From Nymphon striatum (taxonomy: Eukaryota), in NCBI GenBank assembly GCA_016618385.1, contig JABFOP010000159.1, forward strand, positions 502,555-566,554: a stretch of 64,000 nucleotides of DNA, written 5' to 3'. Both the position numbers and the translations under genes were made by a program. Below are positions 47,062 to 58,643 of the stretch, one piece after another (position 1 is the first letter of the stretch; the number at the start of each line of letters is the position of its first letter). The notes below the pieces were generated by a model. It was not told the origin of the DNA, searched no databases, and worked only from the letters and a program-made list of their open reading frames with translations.

Positions 47062-47868
47062 AACCCTCCTAGGTCACTACGGACATATTTGTCCACTAGC
47101 TCTTTAGGTCGATACAGACATTTATGGCCAACTTTCACCATCTGACATTCAAGAATTGTTTTTTTTTTTTAGAACCAGTGATCGGATCGGAATGAAATTT
47201 GACATACAGGACCTGGGATAGTCAATGAACATTGTTACTAAATATCATCGCCCTGCGATAATTTTCGGGAGAAATATGATGATTTATTTCACGGTGTGTG
47301 CTTAGCGCGGTCAAGCGCGACTCGTGTGTCACAACTTCTTTCAGCTGGCAGAAAGCAAACTGGATTCCAAACGTAGGCGGGGCAGGGAGGGGTGACCTAT
47401 ATTATAATCCAATCACACAGGAGTTTTTCAGTTCCGTCACTATCCCATTGCTGCTTGACCTGAAAAATATAAAAAAAAACAGAACATTCCAATCCTCAGA
47501 ACTTTCGAAGCTTCTTAATTTTGCTCTAATCCCAAATTTTCAGGTTATTTCTTAGCCACAAAGTGAATCCATATCCAAACAATCGTTAGCTGGCGATCAA
47601 TACTAAATTTCAATCAAATATAATAAATAATGGACCCATTTTGACGTTGTTTTGATGCTCCTGAGATTTGTGGCGCTAGTGGGTAGATTGGATAAGATCT
47701 GTTCTGGGTTTGAATGACCCAGGTTCGAATCCCATTCGAACCCCACAATTTTAACCCCAATTGAACCCCAAAAATAAAGTTTTAAAATAAAATAAAAAAA
47801 AAAAATGATCCGACAATTTAATTGCGCCCAGGGCATTGGTTGCATATGGAAAATGGCGACCTAGGAGG
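47062..47868. mobile_element. TIR element (about 800 bp; TIR TTAACCCTCCTAGGTC / GACCTAGGAGGGTTAA), related copy at 30035-30180
   Basis: The termini are 47058-47075 and 47850-47868. The interior contains a SINE head fragment (47680-47755) and a short palindrome ACGGACATATTTGTCC. The left 150 bp is about 80% identical to 30040-30180. Confidence 0.5.
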
Positions 47869-47869
47869 G

Positions 47870-48252
47870 TTAAAGGGACTGTAATGTATTTTTAGACTTG
47901 AAGTTATTTTATGTAAAAAATATCGCTGATTTCAAAAATATTATCAAAAATTATTTCAAATTATTTTTTCCCACCGAGTATGCGATTTTTGTATCAATTA
48001 TTATCAATTATTACGTTTGTCACGTGGTCCGATGACGTCACCTAGTCTGTGTTGACCAATCATATTGCATCATATTGCTCGACGGGAAGTTTGTGACATC
48101 ATAAAGAGACCTCATATAGTCTAAATTGATATAAAAACCGCGTTTTCGGTGGGAAAACATTATTTTAAAAAAATTTAGGTAATATTTCTGAAATCACCGA
48201 TACTTTTTACATAAAATAACTTCAAGTCTTAAAGTACCTTAGGGTCCCTTTA
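47870..48252. mobile_element. MITE-like element with 110-bp TIRs flanking a core that carries CCAAT and TGACGTCA (CRE-like) motifs
   Basis: 47872-47985 is the reverse complement of 48140-48250. The core at 48010-48130 contains GTCACGTGGTCCGATGACGTCACC and GACCAATCA. Confidence 0.55.
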
Positions 48253-51200
48253 AGTAATTTGAATTATAAACATTCAAGTTGCAAGTTTGCTTTCATTCTT
48301 ATCGAGATTAGTTAATAGTCTGAGATGTTTAATTTAAAATCCTTGATTTTATCCTCATTGATAGCTTTCTATTTATCTATTTATTTGAAATGCTCATTTC
48401 AAGATTTCATCCCTGAAGAAATTTCTCAAGTATTGAACATTGTTATCTAGCAGATAGCAGATTTTACATTCAAGTGAAGTGATATTAATTTGACTAGAAA
48501 ACTTTACCAGTGTCCAGACAGATTATTATTTTATTCTCAACTTGAACACAACCCATAAGTCCTTCACATATTTAATAAATGTCATTTAGAGAATGTTCAA
48601 ATAAATTATACACAGCATAGATTAGAACACGTACACGTATCTATTGCACGTGGTTTCTATTGACATATATATTTGTCTCACTCTATACTTTAATCATAGT
48701 TAGTAGAGGGGGACTGGTTTGGAAGGCCGGCGAACTTCAAAGGCGCTGCCCATTGTCAGGCGTTTGAGGTTGAAATGCACCATCATCTGGCTGAACCGTG
48801 CACAAGCAGAGCTTATTTTACACTAGTCAAGGCTGACATGAACGATTTGTTTTTCTTTGGAGACGATTTTGAAGCTATTCTCGACATTTTCGAAGGCGAA
48901 GAAGATATAGAGAATCAAAGGTCTTGCAATCAACTTGAACACGGTGTTTAAATTATTCAATTCCGATGTACATTCAGCAAGTTACAGCCTTTTTAAAGCT
49001 CACCAAAACAAAGTGGAAAAGTAACGGGCAATTCTACTTTTAAGTGTTCCTCAAATATTTAGGCTACACTCGAAATTTGTTCAAGTTCAAAAGTTGTATT
49101 TATAGAAGACATTAGGTCAAATTAATCAGTATAATTATAGGCTGATAACCACCTTGAGTACACATTCAAGAAGTCGAACAATAACCTATCCTTTTGTTGT
49201 CTTCCGGGCTCACAGGCAGTGCTCACAAGCTGGGCTTCGTAAACAGTCCACTGTCTGTCCCCTCTATTATCTCTGCTGAAGACTATTTTTTAGACTATTT
49301 CAAGTATTTGGTAATGTTGAAATGCAAATTGAATCTAAGTTGTTTTTAAATGTTTTTAAAAGCTATTTGTCGATTATGTGATAAAAAGATTATTAGACTC
49401 TTTCCAATTTGATATTAGATTTATTTATAAAACTCTCATATCAAATGAGAACTCGTTACCAGGGCACACACTCGCACTACAGCCAAGAATCGGCGTACTT
49501 TGCAAGTGCTGGTCACCGGGACCTTCCACCCTACTCTTTGTTCGAATAGCTTTTATGAAAAATAACAATTTTCACGAAGTATTTTATCTTCCACAATTTC
49601 TTATTTATGTTTTGTTTTTAAGGGTTTACAGTTAGCATGCTATTTTTCTATTCCAAATAAGATATTTGTGATTCCAATCAAACAATCCAAGTGATATAAA
49701 ATTAGGCCTTTGTCAGTTTCATTCATCTGTTGTCATGCACTGAGCTGTGGTGTCATCACGATAGCTTTGTATACAGTGTGACGTCATCTTTTTTTTTTTT
49801 AGCTTGTCACTGTGATTTTTAGCTACCTGTGATTTTTAAACCTCCCAAAAAGACCCCTCCCGCGCAAATTTTCCAAGTCATTTTTTGATTTTCAATAAAA
49901 ACATGTGTCTAAGTTTCAATTTATGACAATAAAAATATTGATGAAATGCCATTTCATAGGCATTTTAAGCATTATTTAAGACGGATGTAAATGGTTCAAG
50001 CATAGTTCAAGCTTGTAATGCTTGTGTGTAGACAAGTTTGTGCACAGTACTTCAGCTTTTCTGGGAATAAAATCGAACAATAACCTATTCTTTTGTTGTC
50101 AGGCAGGCTTCCCAACCATCTCCCTCTACTAACTATGCTTTAATCAAGCATACATGAGATTTGTCCACGGATCGACAGATTTCCGCTTTTTTAAAAGCTG
50201 TTGGGATAGTTCCTGAGATCTGCGCAGATCCGTGGAGAACAATTTTTTTTTTTGGAGGGGGAAGAATATCTGGGGATAAATGTATGTACCGTAACTTCGT
50301 ACGTCCAGCGCCATTTTAATTTTCAAGTTTTTTGCGTCGGCTGCCTTATAAGGTTAATTTCCAAGTAAAGATATTCAGCATTTCTACAAGTCAAGTCCAA
50401 AGTAGGTACAAATCCGATTGGTTCACATATGGTCACATGATGATGATGACAACACAATACATGGTTTTTCTTGTAAAAACATGTTCACACCTCAAACTGA
50501 AACTGAACTCTAAAATAAGCTTTAATAGAGAATTAGACATTAATAATTTTAATCTCCTTTAGCGTTTGTTTGGCATGGTTTGTACATTGAATAAAAATGA
50601 ACTGACAAAGGCGATAGACGTTGGAGTGAAAAACAGGTTCAACTAGGCATGGCTTGAGCATGCAGTTAGCATTTCTTTTCGACGGAAAGGTTGTAGAGTC
50701 GAATTTGAGAGATTGAATTGAGAAGATGTTTATTGTAATTGAAAGTCTTTTAGCATTATTTTCTTGTCTAAGTTGAGTTAAAATGGTCTCCTGTAAGGCG
50801 AAATGGCAAAAAAGAAATTCGCACCTAGGAGCCTAAGATGGCCCCCAGACCGGAAAATAACTTAGGCGAGCAGAGTGAGCGTGAATTTTTTTCCGCTTTT
50901 TTGATTATTTAGTCTGTCTCAGGTATGATCAAGGTGCATGTTATTTGTAACAAACTTACTATTTTTTGTTGTTTTCGTCACCTTTTTATATCATGGGTAT
51001 ACACAGGTATACTCACAGAGGATCAATTTCGGTGACAAACTGGTAATAATTTAACACACACGTCTTTGTCTCAAGAATTTTATTTGAATACTGAATAGAA
51101 CTTCACACCCTCCACCAAATTGTAGAGTACGTACTCGGTATAACAATGATACACCTTTGAACTTTGTGGCTTTTATTTCTTTAAACACACAATGAGTTCA

Positions 51201-51429
51201 CAAATATTAGATACATAGACTTAGACCTTTTGATCCTCCTCTTACTGACTGCATTTTTAAACTTTAACCGCAAGATCAAATAACAAGAAAAGCAAGGAAA
51301 ATAAAAGAAATCCATCTGGTCATTACGCTCCATCTTTCGACAGAAAACTAAACAAAACAATTAAAAATAATAAAATATAATATAATAACAATGGTTGTTA
51401 TATTATTAAAATAAATTTTGTTTTTGTAG

Positions 51430-52138
51430 TGTTCCAAGATTTCACAGAAACTATACAGCATTTCTTGATGAAAATGAGCAAACTGCAGATGAAGCTGGCC
51501 CTTCTGAATTTGCGCCACCAGTAGCAAATTTAGGCTTTGGAAGAGCATTTTCTGGGCAACAAAATACGTCTTCCCCACTTGCACCAGGATGTATCTCTGG
51601 AAGTAGACATCTTCAGCAAAGGATAGGATTTCGCTTTGGAGGTGAAGGTGACCCTTCTGAAGTTGCGCCACCGGCAACAAATTTGAGTTATGGAAATGCA
51701 TCTTTACCATCTGCATCAGGATTTAGCTTTGGAAGTGTTCCGAGTAATTTTGGTGCACCTGCTACAGGATTCAGCTTTGGAAGCGGACCTCCTCAACAAC
51801 AAGTTAATCTTGCTCAACCTGCATCAGGATTTAGTTTTGGAAGTGGACCTCCTCAACAACAAGTTAGTCTTGCTCAACCTGCATCAGGATTCAGCTTTGG
51901 AAGTGGACCTCCTCAGCAACAATTTAATCTTGCCCAATCTGCATCGGGATTTAGTTGTGGAGGAGAACCTCGCAACAAAGATTTATCCAAACAATCTGCT
52001 GCTGCTGGTCATCTGTTTGGTTCAAATCAAGCTTTCTCTGCAACTTCTAGTTTATTTCGAGGTCCCATGATTGGTTCTAATTCAGTTAGTGCTCCAAGAT
52101 TTCAAAATGAAAGTAGAGCATCTACTTCTTGCCGAAAA
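51430..52138 (+). CDS. PARP4: PARP4-like large repeat exon, part A (FG-like 20-aa repeats; this frame ends at TGA 52139-52141)
   Basis: The phase-2 acceptor is TTGTAG at 51424-51429. The exon encodes SVPRFHRNYTAFLDENEQTADEAGPSEFAPP...PASGFSFGSGPPQQQVNLAQPASGFSFGSGPPQQQVSLAQPASGFSFGSGPPQQQFNLAQ... It has 60-bp internal repeats. It corresponds to the low-complexity human FGSAAPP..QFSQGPVPG region. This frame reaches a stop inside the second copy of a 662-bp tandem duplication. Confidence 0.5.
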
Positions 52139-52141
52139 TGA

Positions 52142-52638
52142 GCAAACTGCAGATGAAGGTGGCCCTTCTGAAGTTGCGCCACCGGCAACAAATTTGGATT
52201 ATGGAAGTGCATTTCCTGGGCAACAAAATAAGTCTTCCCCACCTGCATCAGGATTTAGCTTTGGAAGTGTTCCGAGTAATTTTGGTGCACCTGCTACAGG
52301 ATTCAGCTTTGGAAGCGGACCTCCTCAACAACAACTTAATCTTGCTCAACCTGCATCAGGATTTAGTTTTTTTTTTCAAGATCCAATGATTGGTTCTAAT
52401 TCAGTTACTTTTGAGGATTTTCTTCCACCAGCACCACAATCAACAGAAAATCATCAGTTGCCACCAGGTTCACAAAGATCTTTATTCTTTTCAAAACATC
52501 ATCAGATAGAAGGAAGTGCTTCAATACAGCACAGGAAGGCTTTCTTTTCTGTTACCAGCTTTCTCTCAGATATTTTGAAATATATTAGTCAAAGATATGT
52601 GCAGGATGAATCAGTGAAGAAACTCTTTGTGACACACG
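52142..52638 (+). CDS. PARP4: PARP4-like large repeat exon, part B (second duplication copy, +1 frame relative to part A)
   Basis: The frame-0 reading encodes ENEQTADEGGPSEVAPPATNLDYGSAFPGQQNKSSPPASGFSFGSVPSNFGAPATGFSFGSGPPQQQLNLAQPASGFSFF..MIGSNSVTFEDFLPPAPQSTENHQLPPG...ISQRYVQDESVKKLFVTHG. The donor GTAAAT is at 52639. Joining part B to part A requires a frameshift, or an intron that I did not find. Confidence 0.45.
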
Positions 52639-52716
52639 GTAAATTTTTTCATTATTCATTATTTTTTCATTTACTGAATCTTTCACATATAGAAATATTT
52701 TTTCTTGTTTTATCAG

Positions 52717-52826
52717 GAATAAAGATCCCTGTCATGCAGACTAACATGAAATCTGCTGTTAACAATGATACTATTCATTGGAAAAGTGATAAAATAAAAG
52801 AATTCCTGGAAAATTTGTTGGAGAAT
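52717..52826 (+). CDS. PARP4: PARP4-like exon (C-terminal region)
   Basis: The phase-1 acceptor is TTATCAG at 52710-52716. The exon encodes GIKIPVMQTNMKSAVNNDTIHWKSDKIKEFLENLLEN. The donor is GTAAGT at 52827. Confidence 0.55.
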
Positions 52827-53460
52827 GTAAGTAATTTGATTTTATAGAAGTCATCTTTTCTGATTTTGGCTTTTTAAGTATACATAAGTATAAGTATAGT
52901 TTTTATATATTTTTTTTTTTTATGTATACATTTTGTATCAATTTTATATATATTCATTTTTTATGCATTTCTTGTTATTTTTATGGAACTAATTTAGAAT
53001 ATTTAATTACAATATACTCGTATTAAAAGACTTGAAAGCACAAAAAATCTCTTTCTAATGTTCTGATTCTATTTGGTTTCTTTCTAATTCTACTTTTCCT
53101 TTCATATTTTAATCTGATGATGGTAATAATTCGAGTTGTCGAAATATTATCCATAAACTTTATTTTAAAACATATTTTGTGTGTGATTTATATGATTTGG
53201 TCAGCTATGATCAGTTTTATAAAAGCATTAGATTTTCACAGGAAAAAAAGCAATTTTTCTAAAAGAATTTTGGGTGGGAGGGGGTAACTAATCCCCCCCC
53301 CAAGCCCTATGAAAGAAAAGAAAACCCCAGCTGATTTAATATTCTAGCTAACAATATGTGTGTTTCTCTTGAGTTTTTGTGTTATTTTGTTCCTTCTGCA
53401 TTAACATGGCTATATCTCAACAATTTAAATTTTGTTATTAAGGGTTATACTTTCTGTCAA

Positions 53461-53917
53461 ATTTTTTTTTTTTTTTTTTTTTTTTAAACCTTAGTGCACT
53501 AAACTCACATAGGTTTATAGGCAAGCTGGAGGCCGTTTCCATCCGACTGAATGCAGTGCTTCTCTGTTAGAACTACGAGCCATGGTGGGCGAGTTCTATT
53601 TCTCACACCGCAGTCAAGAATAGGTGTTCCTCGCAGGTGCTACACTTCACCGGGATCACCCTACTCTTTATTCGAATAGTGAAGTGTGTTCTTTAACATG
53701 CAGAGGGTGTGACTCTCCTTTACACGGGACCTCCATTTAATGTCTTATCCGAGGGACGGAGTATTTTCTCTCTAAAACCAGCCTGCATCCAGTATCAGAG
53801 AGGAGAGCACGAGAATACACAACGTAAAGGGTTAAAAAGTGGTGGGGTTCGAATGGGATTTGAACCTGGGTCATTCGAGCCCAGAACAGAGATCTTAACC
53901 ACTCAGCCACCGCGCTC
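53461..53917 (-). mobile_element. tRNA-derived SINE, full-length copy with 25-nt poly-T (a poly-A tail on the minus strand)
   Basis: T25 then AAACCTTAGTGCACTAAACTCACATAGGTTTATAGGCAAGCTGGAGGCCG...GGGTTCGAATGGGATTTGAACCTGGGTCATTCGAGCCCAGAACAGAGATCTTAACCACTCAGCCACCGCGCTC. It is about 93% identical to the copy at 45303. Confidence 0.8.
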
Positions 53918-54635
53918 CGTTAAATGATATATTTGCTGTACTAGCATGAAGAATTTTGAAAATATTTTATTCAAAAGCTTAGATATTGATTTTAAATGCT
54001 TGCCAATGAATTTTGGCAAATTAGCATTATGCTGTTCACGTTTTAGCTGTATTTTAGCAAATATATGCAGCTAGCAGTAGGGATTAGAATTGGCTATATT
54101 GTCAGTACACAGTTACCTTCTCCATCATCTACATTAGACAAAGATATGCTTTTCTATAAAATACTGTTATATAAATTCTTCTTTTGTTTCGGGAAAGTTT
54201 TGATTCATTACAAATCATTATGTACATCCATGGGGCAGGATTTTTGTCTTATGACCATTCTCCACTTGAAGCGGAACTAATTCTAAATTTAATGTAGAAA
54301 AAAATGTTTGTTTTATTTAACATCGAACAGGTGTTTCCATTTCCAATGCGAGTGCCGATTCAGAATGAATAGATTTTATGACGAATGGAAGTCAACAAAA
54401 TTCATGGAATTGTAGTAAAAACACAATTCTTTTTAAACTAGCTTCATTTTATCTACATCGACTACAAGTGGAAAACCACCATTAGAATAGACAATTTAAG
54501 ACTCGGTTTTGTTACGTAAATAATCCAGATTAATATATTTTTATTTAGGAATTCAAAATTATCTATACACTTTGTTGTTTCAGAAATTATTATTACAACT
54601 ATATTTTTTAAGCCTTTTTTTTCATATATTTCTAG

Positions 54636-54717
54636 GGAATTGCAATCATTGACCTTAATGAAGAACCCCTGAATGTTATCAATGAGAAACTGGTCTGTTC
54701 GGGCCTACATTCATTAG
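54636..54717 (+). CDS. PARP4: PARP4-like exon (C-terminal region)
   Basis: The acceptor is TTTCTAG at 54629-54635 and the donor GTAAGG at 54718. The exon encodes GIAIIDLNEEPLNVINEKLVCSGLHSL. Its phase-1 end matches the terminal exon. Confidence 0.5.
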
Positions 54718-55469
54718 GTAAGGAGAATTTCCAAAAATAGTTGACAAAATTAGTCTCATTCATGAATGTATTTCTCATGATATAAGGCATTGTTTCCAAA
54801 TTATGTACATATACTATATTTCCAAATAAGTTATTAAGTCCTTTCAACCTGGAATATGAAATTGCTTTTCAAACATTGTTTGTTTTGCAGTCCTTTCAAT
54901 GTGTTCAAAAGTAGTTTATAGTTTAGAAAATCCTTTGTCAGACCTTCTAAATTTATGAATTTGTTAGATTTATGAATCCTTGAATTTTTATTCATTTATA
55001 ATTCCCGGTGGCGAAAGAGTGAAAACTTCACTGCCTGCGTGATTCGCTCTGATTATTTTTGATACAAAAACATAGTACATGTAGCCGCGCCACTCCAACT
55101 CCTCGCAACCAACAAACCTGATTTTGAGTTTAGATCGACATCGACACACACCCCATCAGCCTGCTTAGTTCCGTATCACGGTTATTTCTAAAAACAAAAC
55201 TATACTACAAAAATATGTTAGCGAGGAAGCTACCAATACAGTTATCAGCAGATACCTTATCAGCAGGAATTACAGGATTCCGAACAACTAGGAATAATAT
55301 CAGAAATATTAGGTGCAGTGAGGTTGGTGACAGGATGAGATGTTCATTTCGGAGGCCGTCGAACAATCAACTGCAGCTGACTTGGTCATGTGGCAGTTGT
55401 GCTATTCTCTACTTTTGTATACCTTAAAGGTTAAATCAAATACAGCAAAATTGTATACTCATAATGACT

Positions 55470-56710
55470 GAGAGATCTGTGTAAGGCTGAGTGTAAAAAC
55501 TCTTGGTTGCTTCATGCTAAAGAGCTGGGTTTAAGCACCAGATTGGTTTGGGCCTCTATTGACTTGTTGGGAATTTCCTCACCCGACTTTTGAACACTCT
55601 GAATTGACGGTGGCAAAGAAAAAGAAACTCTAATTGTAGCAGATTTATCTCAAAATAAAATAGAAGTTTTACTCTCAACATTTTCTTTTCTTTTAATGCT
55701 CTTTCTTTGAATAATCTTTGTCATGTCATTTAATCTTTTAATCATATCAACATTATAGTTAAGATTTTTCTATTTCAAAATGTTTTTAGTACTAGTCCAT
55801 GGCCTTCGGCCAGGCTTATTTTATTTGTTGGTTAACAGATTTTTCCAGTGGAAACAAAGCATTGCCGGTAGAACTATAAATATAAATATAATTTTGGATT
55901 TCATATATTGGTAAAGGTTTTTGGAACAAGCGATCAAAATAAAAATATAAAGGTGATTCTCTACTTGAATTCTAATATCTAATTTTGCCTGATACTATGC
56001 CACGCATCATGCTTGCTTATTAGAGAACCCTTGCTTAGCCTTAAGTTAGAATGAGCCCCAAATTCTGTGCCTAATAATAGAGAGGCGGTAGTGGGCTCAT
56101 ACCGTGGCCCGTAGGCACAGCTGGTATCCCAACCGACGGCTTGAGCGTGGGGGTTTCTCTATCCTAGCGTGTTTGCTGCCATTGCTTAGTGTAAGGATGA
56201 CAACAATAATAATAATAACAATAATAATACTAATACTAATACAAATAACACCAATAATAATTGTCATCATATGGTCTATGGTCCTGGTCCGTCCTTCCCC
56301 TTATGGCTCGGCCATCCTGACCGCCCAGAGCAAACACTTCGTGTCAGCCCTTTTATGACTGATATGGTCTATCAACTTCCCCATCACTGACCGGAATGAA
56401 AGAGTTAGTGTGTCATTCTAATCAATTGTTTATTCATTGGAAATATTCGAACATACATGAATGGTAAGTATACCTTCAGGGGTGTGAAAACCCATTTCAA
56501 AAAACACGGCCTCCAACTTGCCATAAACCTATGTGAGTTTAGTGCAATGAAGGTTTAAAAAATATAAAAATAAAATATATATATATGAATAAAGTCGGGT
56601 GAGGAAATTTCCAACAAATCAATAGAGGCCCAAACCAATCTAGTGCTTAAACCCAGCTCTTTAGCATGAAGCAACCAAGAGTTTTTACACTCAGCCTTAT
56701 ACAGAATTCT
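55470..56710. mobile_element. TIR-bounded element (120-bp inverted repeats 55470-55590 / 56590-56710) enclosing (CAATAATAA)n-like microsatellite
   Basis: GATCTGTGTAAGGCTGAGTGTAAAAACTCTTGGTTGCTTCATGCTAAAGAGCTGGGTTTAAGCACCAG... is reverse-complemented at 56590-56710. The ORFs 55215-55427 (+) and 56555-56809 (-) are mirror artefacts of the repeat. A SINE 3' fragment lies at 56470-56570. Confidence 0.5.
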
Positions 56711-57646
56711 AGTTTGCCACAAGGTTACCCCCAATATATCGTACCTAGTGCCCATTATACACCTGGGTGGAGATAGGCAATCAAGGTTAACTGTCTTGCC
56801 CAAGAACACAAATAAAGATGTTCAAACACACGATTTGAACTAAGTCCAACGTCCAACCCTGCAGCTGCTGCACTACTTGCTTCTCGAAAGATGGAGAAAG
56901 AACACACCTGACTCAGGATATGAACTGGCGATCTTTTGATTGAAAGCTGGACCTGGAAACACTACATTACCCCCAGCTCCTTGGTCACCATATAGTCAAA
57001 ACTACTTGCTCTTTGTGAAAGATGTTACCCTGTTAACCATCTGAGAATGCACCAAACTAAAAGTAACTTTTTATTTGGCATCAAACATCACAGTAAGACT
57101 TCATTCTTCTTAATTACTGTTACTATCTGAATATATGTACTACAGAATAAATAATACTCATTAAAGGTGTTGAAAGTATCTTCTCCAAGGATGGCGTAGG
57201 CCTGCTATTTCCGTATTTCCATCTTCTCTGTCCCCAGTAGGCCTTTAATTCTGTGTATTGAGGCAAATAATAAAAAATTGTTTGTTTAGGGTAACCCGAC
57301 CGACCGTAAAAAATGGCCTGACTCATATTTTTTTTTCCAGCTTTTTTGAGTGAAATAATTTTATTTCCAACTGTTGCAAAAAACCAAATATTGTCTGGAA
57401 ATTATCGGTAATTTTCCCCCGCCATTGTTTGATTGAAGCGATGTAGGCCAATCTCACTCAAGTATCACAAGAGGAGGAAAAAAAAAAAAAAAAAAAAACG
57501 ACCGACCGACCGACCCACATTTTTCAAACTGGTCATGTTACCCTTAAACAAACATTTTTTTAAGGATGGCCCGACTAGTATTGACCCTTACAAGATTTGT
57601 GGTTGCATTTTTTTCAGTGTAGTTCCTCACAGTCTCTATGATTTAT

Positions 57647-57647
<1 letters not shown>

Positions 57648-57679
<32 letters not shown>

Positions 57680-57690
57680 TTCTCCTACTC
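57648..57690. repeat. (AAT)14 microsatellite in the last PARP4 intron
   Basis: TAATAATAATAATAATAATAATAATAATAAT lies directly upstream of the terminal-exon acceptor region. Confidence 0.8.
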
Positions 57691-57702
57691 CTTTGCTTTT
57701 AG

Positions 57703-58010
57703 GAAAAAAAGCTGAAGAAGAAATTACTACTCTAGTTTTGCTGATGTACATGACATTGAGCATCTTTTGTGATTCATTACCAGACCTGAAGAGTATTGTA
57801 ATTGAAAGTAGAAACTTACAAAGTTACATCAAAGTAATAGCAAACAGTTTGGTTTTGGAATATAAACGGAACAGCAGTAATAACACCATATTGAAGTCTT
57901 TACTGAGAATTGAACAGCTGAGAACACGCTATCCTGTTGCTTCACATACTTTGCAACTTGGTCACAATTGGGAAAGCTTCTGCTTTAGTTTGCTTTTTGA
58001 GAATTCATAA
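57703..58010 (+). CDS. PARP4: PARP4-like terminal exon (MVP/vault-interaction region; stop codon)
   Basis: The phase-1 acceptor is TTTTAG at 57697-57702. The exon encodes GKKAEEEITTLVLLMYMTLSIFCDSLPDLKSIVIESRNLQSYIKVIANSLVLEYKRNSSNNTILKSLLRIEQLRTRYPVASHTLQLGHNWESFCFSLLFENS*. This is colinear with the human KGRECLLDLIATMLVLQFIRTRLEKEG..RNIPWAFEAIKQASEWVRRTEGQYP. The stop TAA ends at 58010. Confidence 0.7.
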
Positions 58011-58459
58011 CAAACAATCTGTTGCTTTGAAAATTTGCGCCTAATTATTTGTTGATCTTGAATATTTGAAAATATTTTAAATTATCTTTGGTTTTATGAT
58101 GAATTTAAGATTCCTTGAATTCATTTTATTTATAAAATTGACACATTTTATGGTGCAATATTCATGAGTTAATACCATAAAATTTAATGTGCATATTGTA
58201 GGCTCCTCAATTTTAGTTTTTACATATATCATTTAAGTTAGAATCGTATTAAAAATAAATAAGTCAATTTATAATTATCATGTTCTAACAAATGTCTATT
58301 GAGATTTTGTACAAACTATAGTTATGGTTGAAGCGTATTTGTAATGGTAACAATTTGAAATAGAATATTTTATCCTAATTTTCTGAAATGAGAAGTAACA
58401 TAAAGACACTTAAAAAATTATTATACAAGCACTATTTTGAATATGATTAGAATCTTTAG

Positions 58460-58640
58460 GCTTTGGGCATCATCATCATCATATCAGCCATTCTCGATCC
58501 ACTGCTGGATGAAGGCCTCAGCATGATCTCTCCAGTTTTCTCTGTCCCTTGCATATTCATGCTGGTTTTTGGGCCTACTCTTCCACGCTGGCCCAAGACG
58601 GGTTGGAAGAGGTGTAATCTTTTTTTATGTAATGTAAGTG
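58460..58640 (-). mobile_element. RTE-like LINE 3' end (minus orientation) with (CATCAT)n
   Basis: CATCATCATCATCATATCAGCCATTCTCGATCCACTGCTGGATGAAGGCCTCAGCATGATCTCTCCAG... is the same family as 33698-33790 and 14400-14548. Confidence 0.5.
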
Positions 58641-58643
58641 TAC

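Noticed and set aside
51690-52070. ORF 51690-52070 (+), alternative frame through the FG-repeat exon (MEMHLYHLHQDLALEVFRV...)
   Set aside because: This is an out-of-frame reading of the same repetitive DNA. The frame entered from the upstream exon (phase 2, giving ..ASGFSFGSGPPQQQ..) is the one colinear with PARP4.
55215-56809. ORFs 55215-55427 (+) and 56555-56809 (-)
   Set aside because: They overlap the two arms of a 120-bp inverted repeat, so they are mirror images of each other created by the repeat, not genes.
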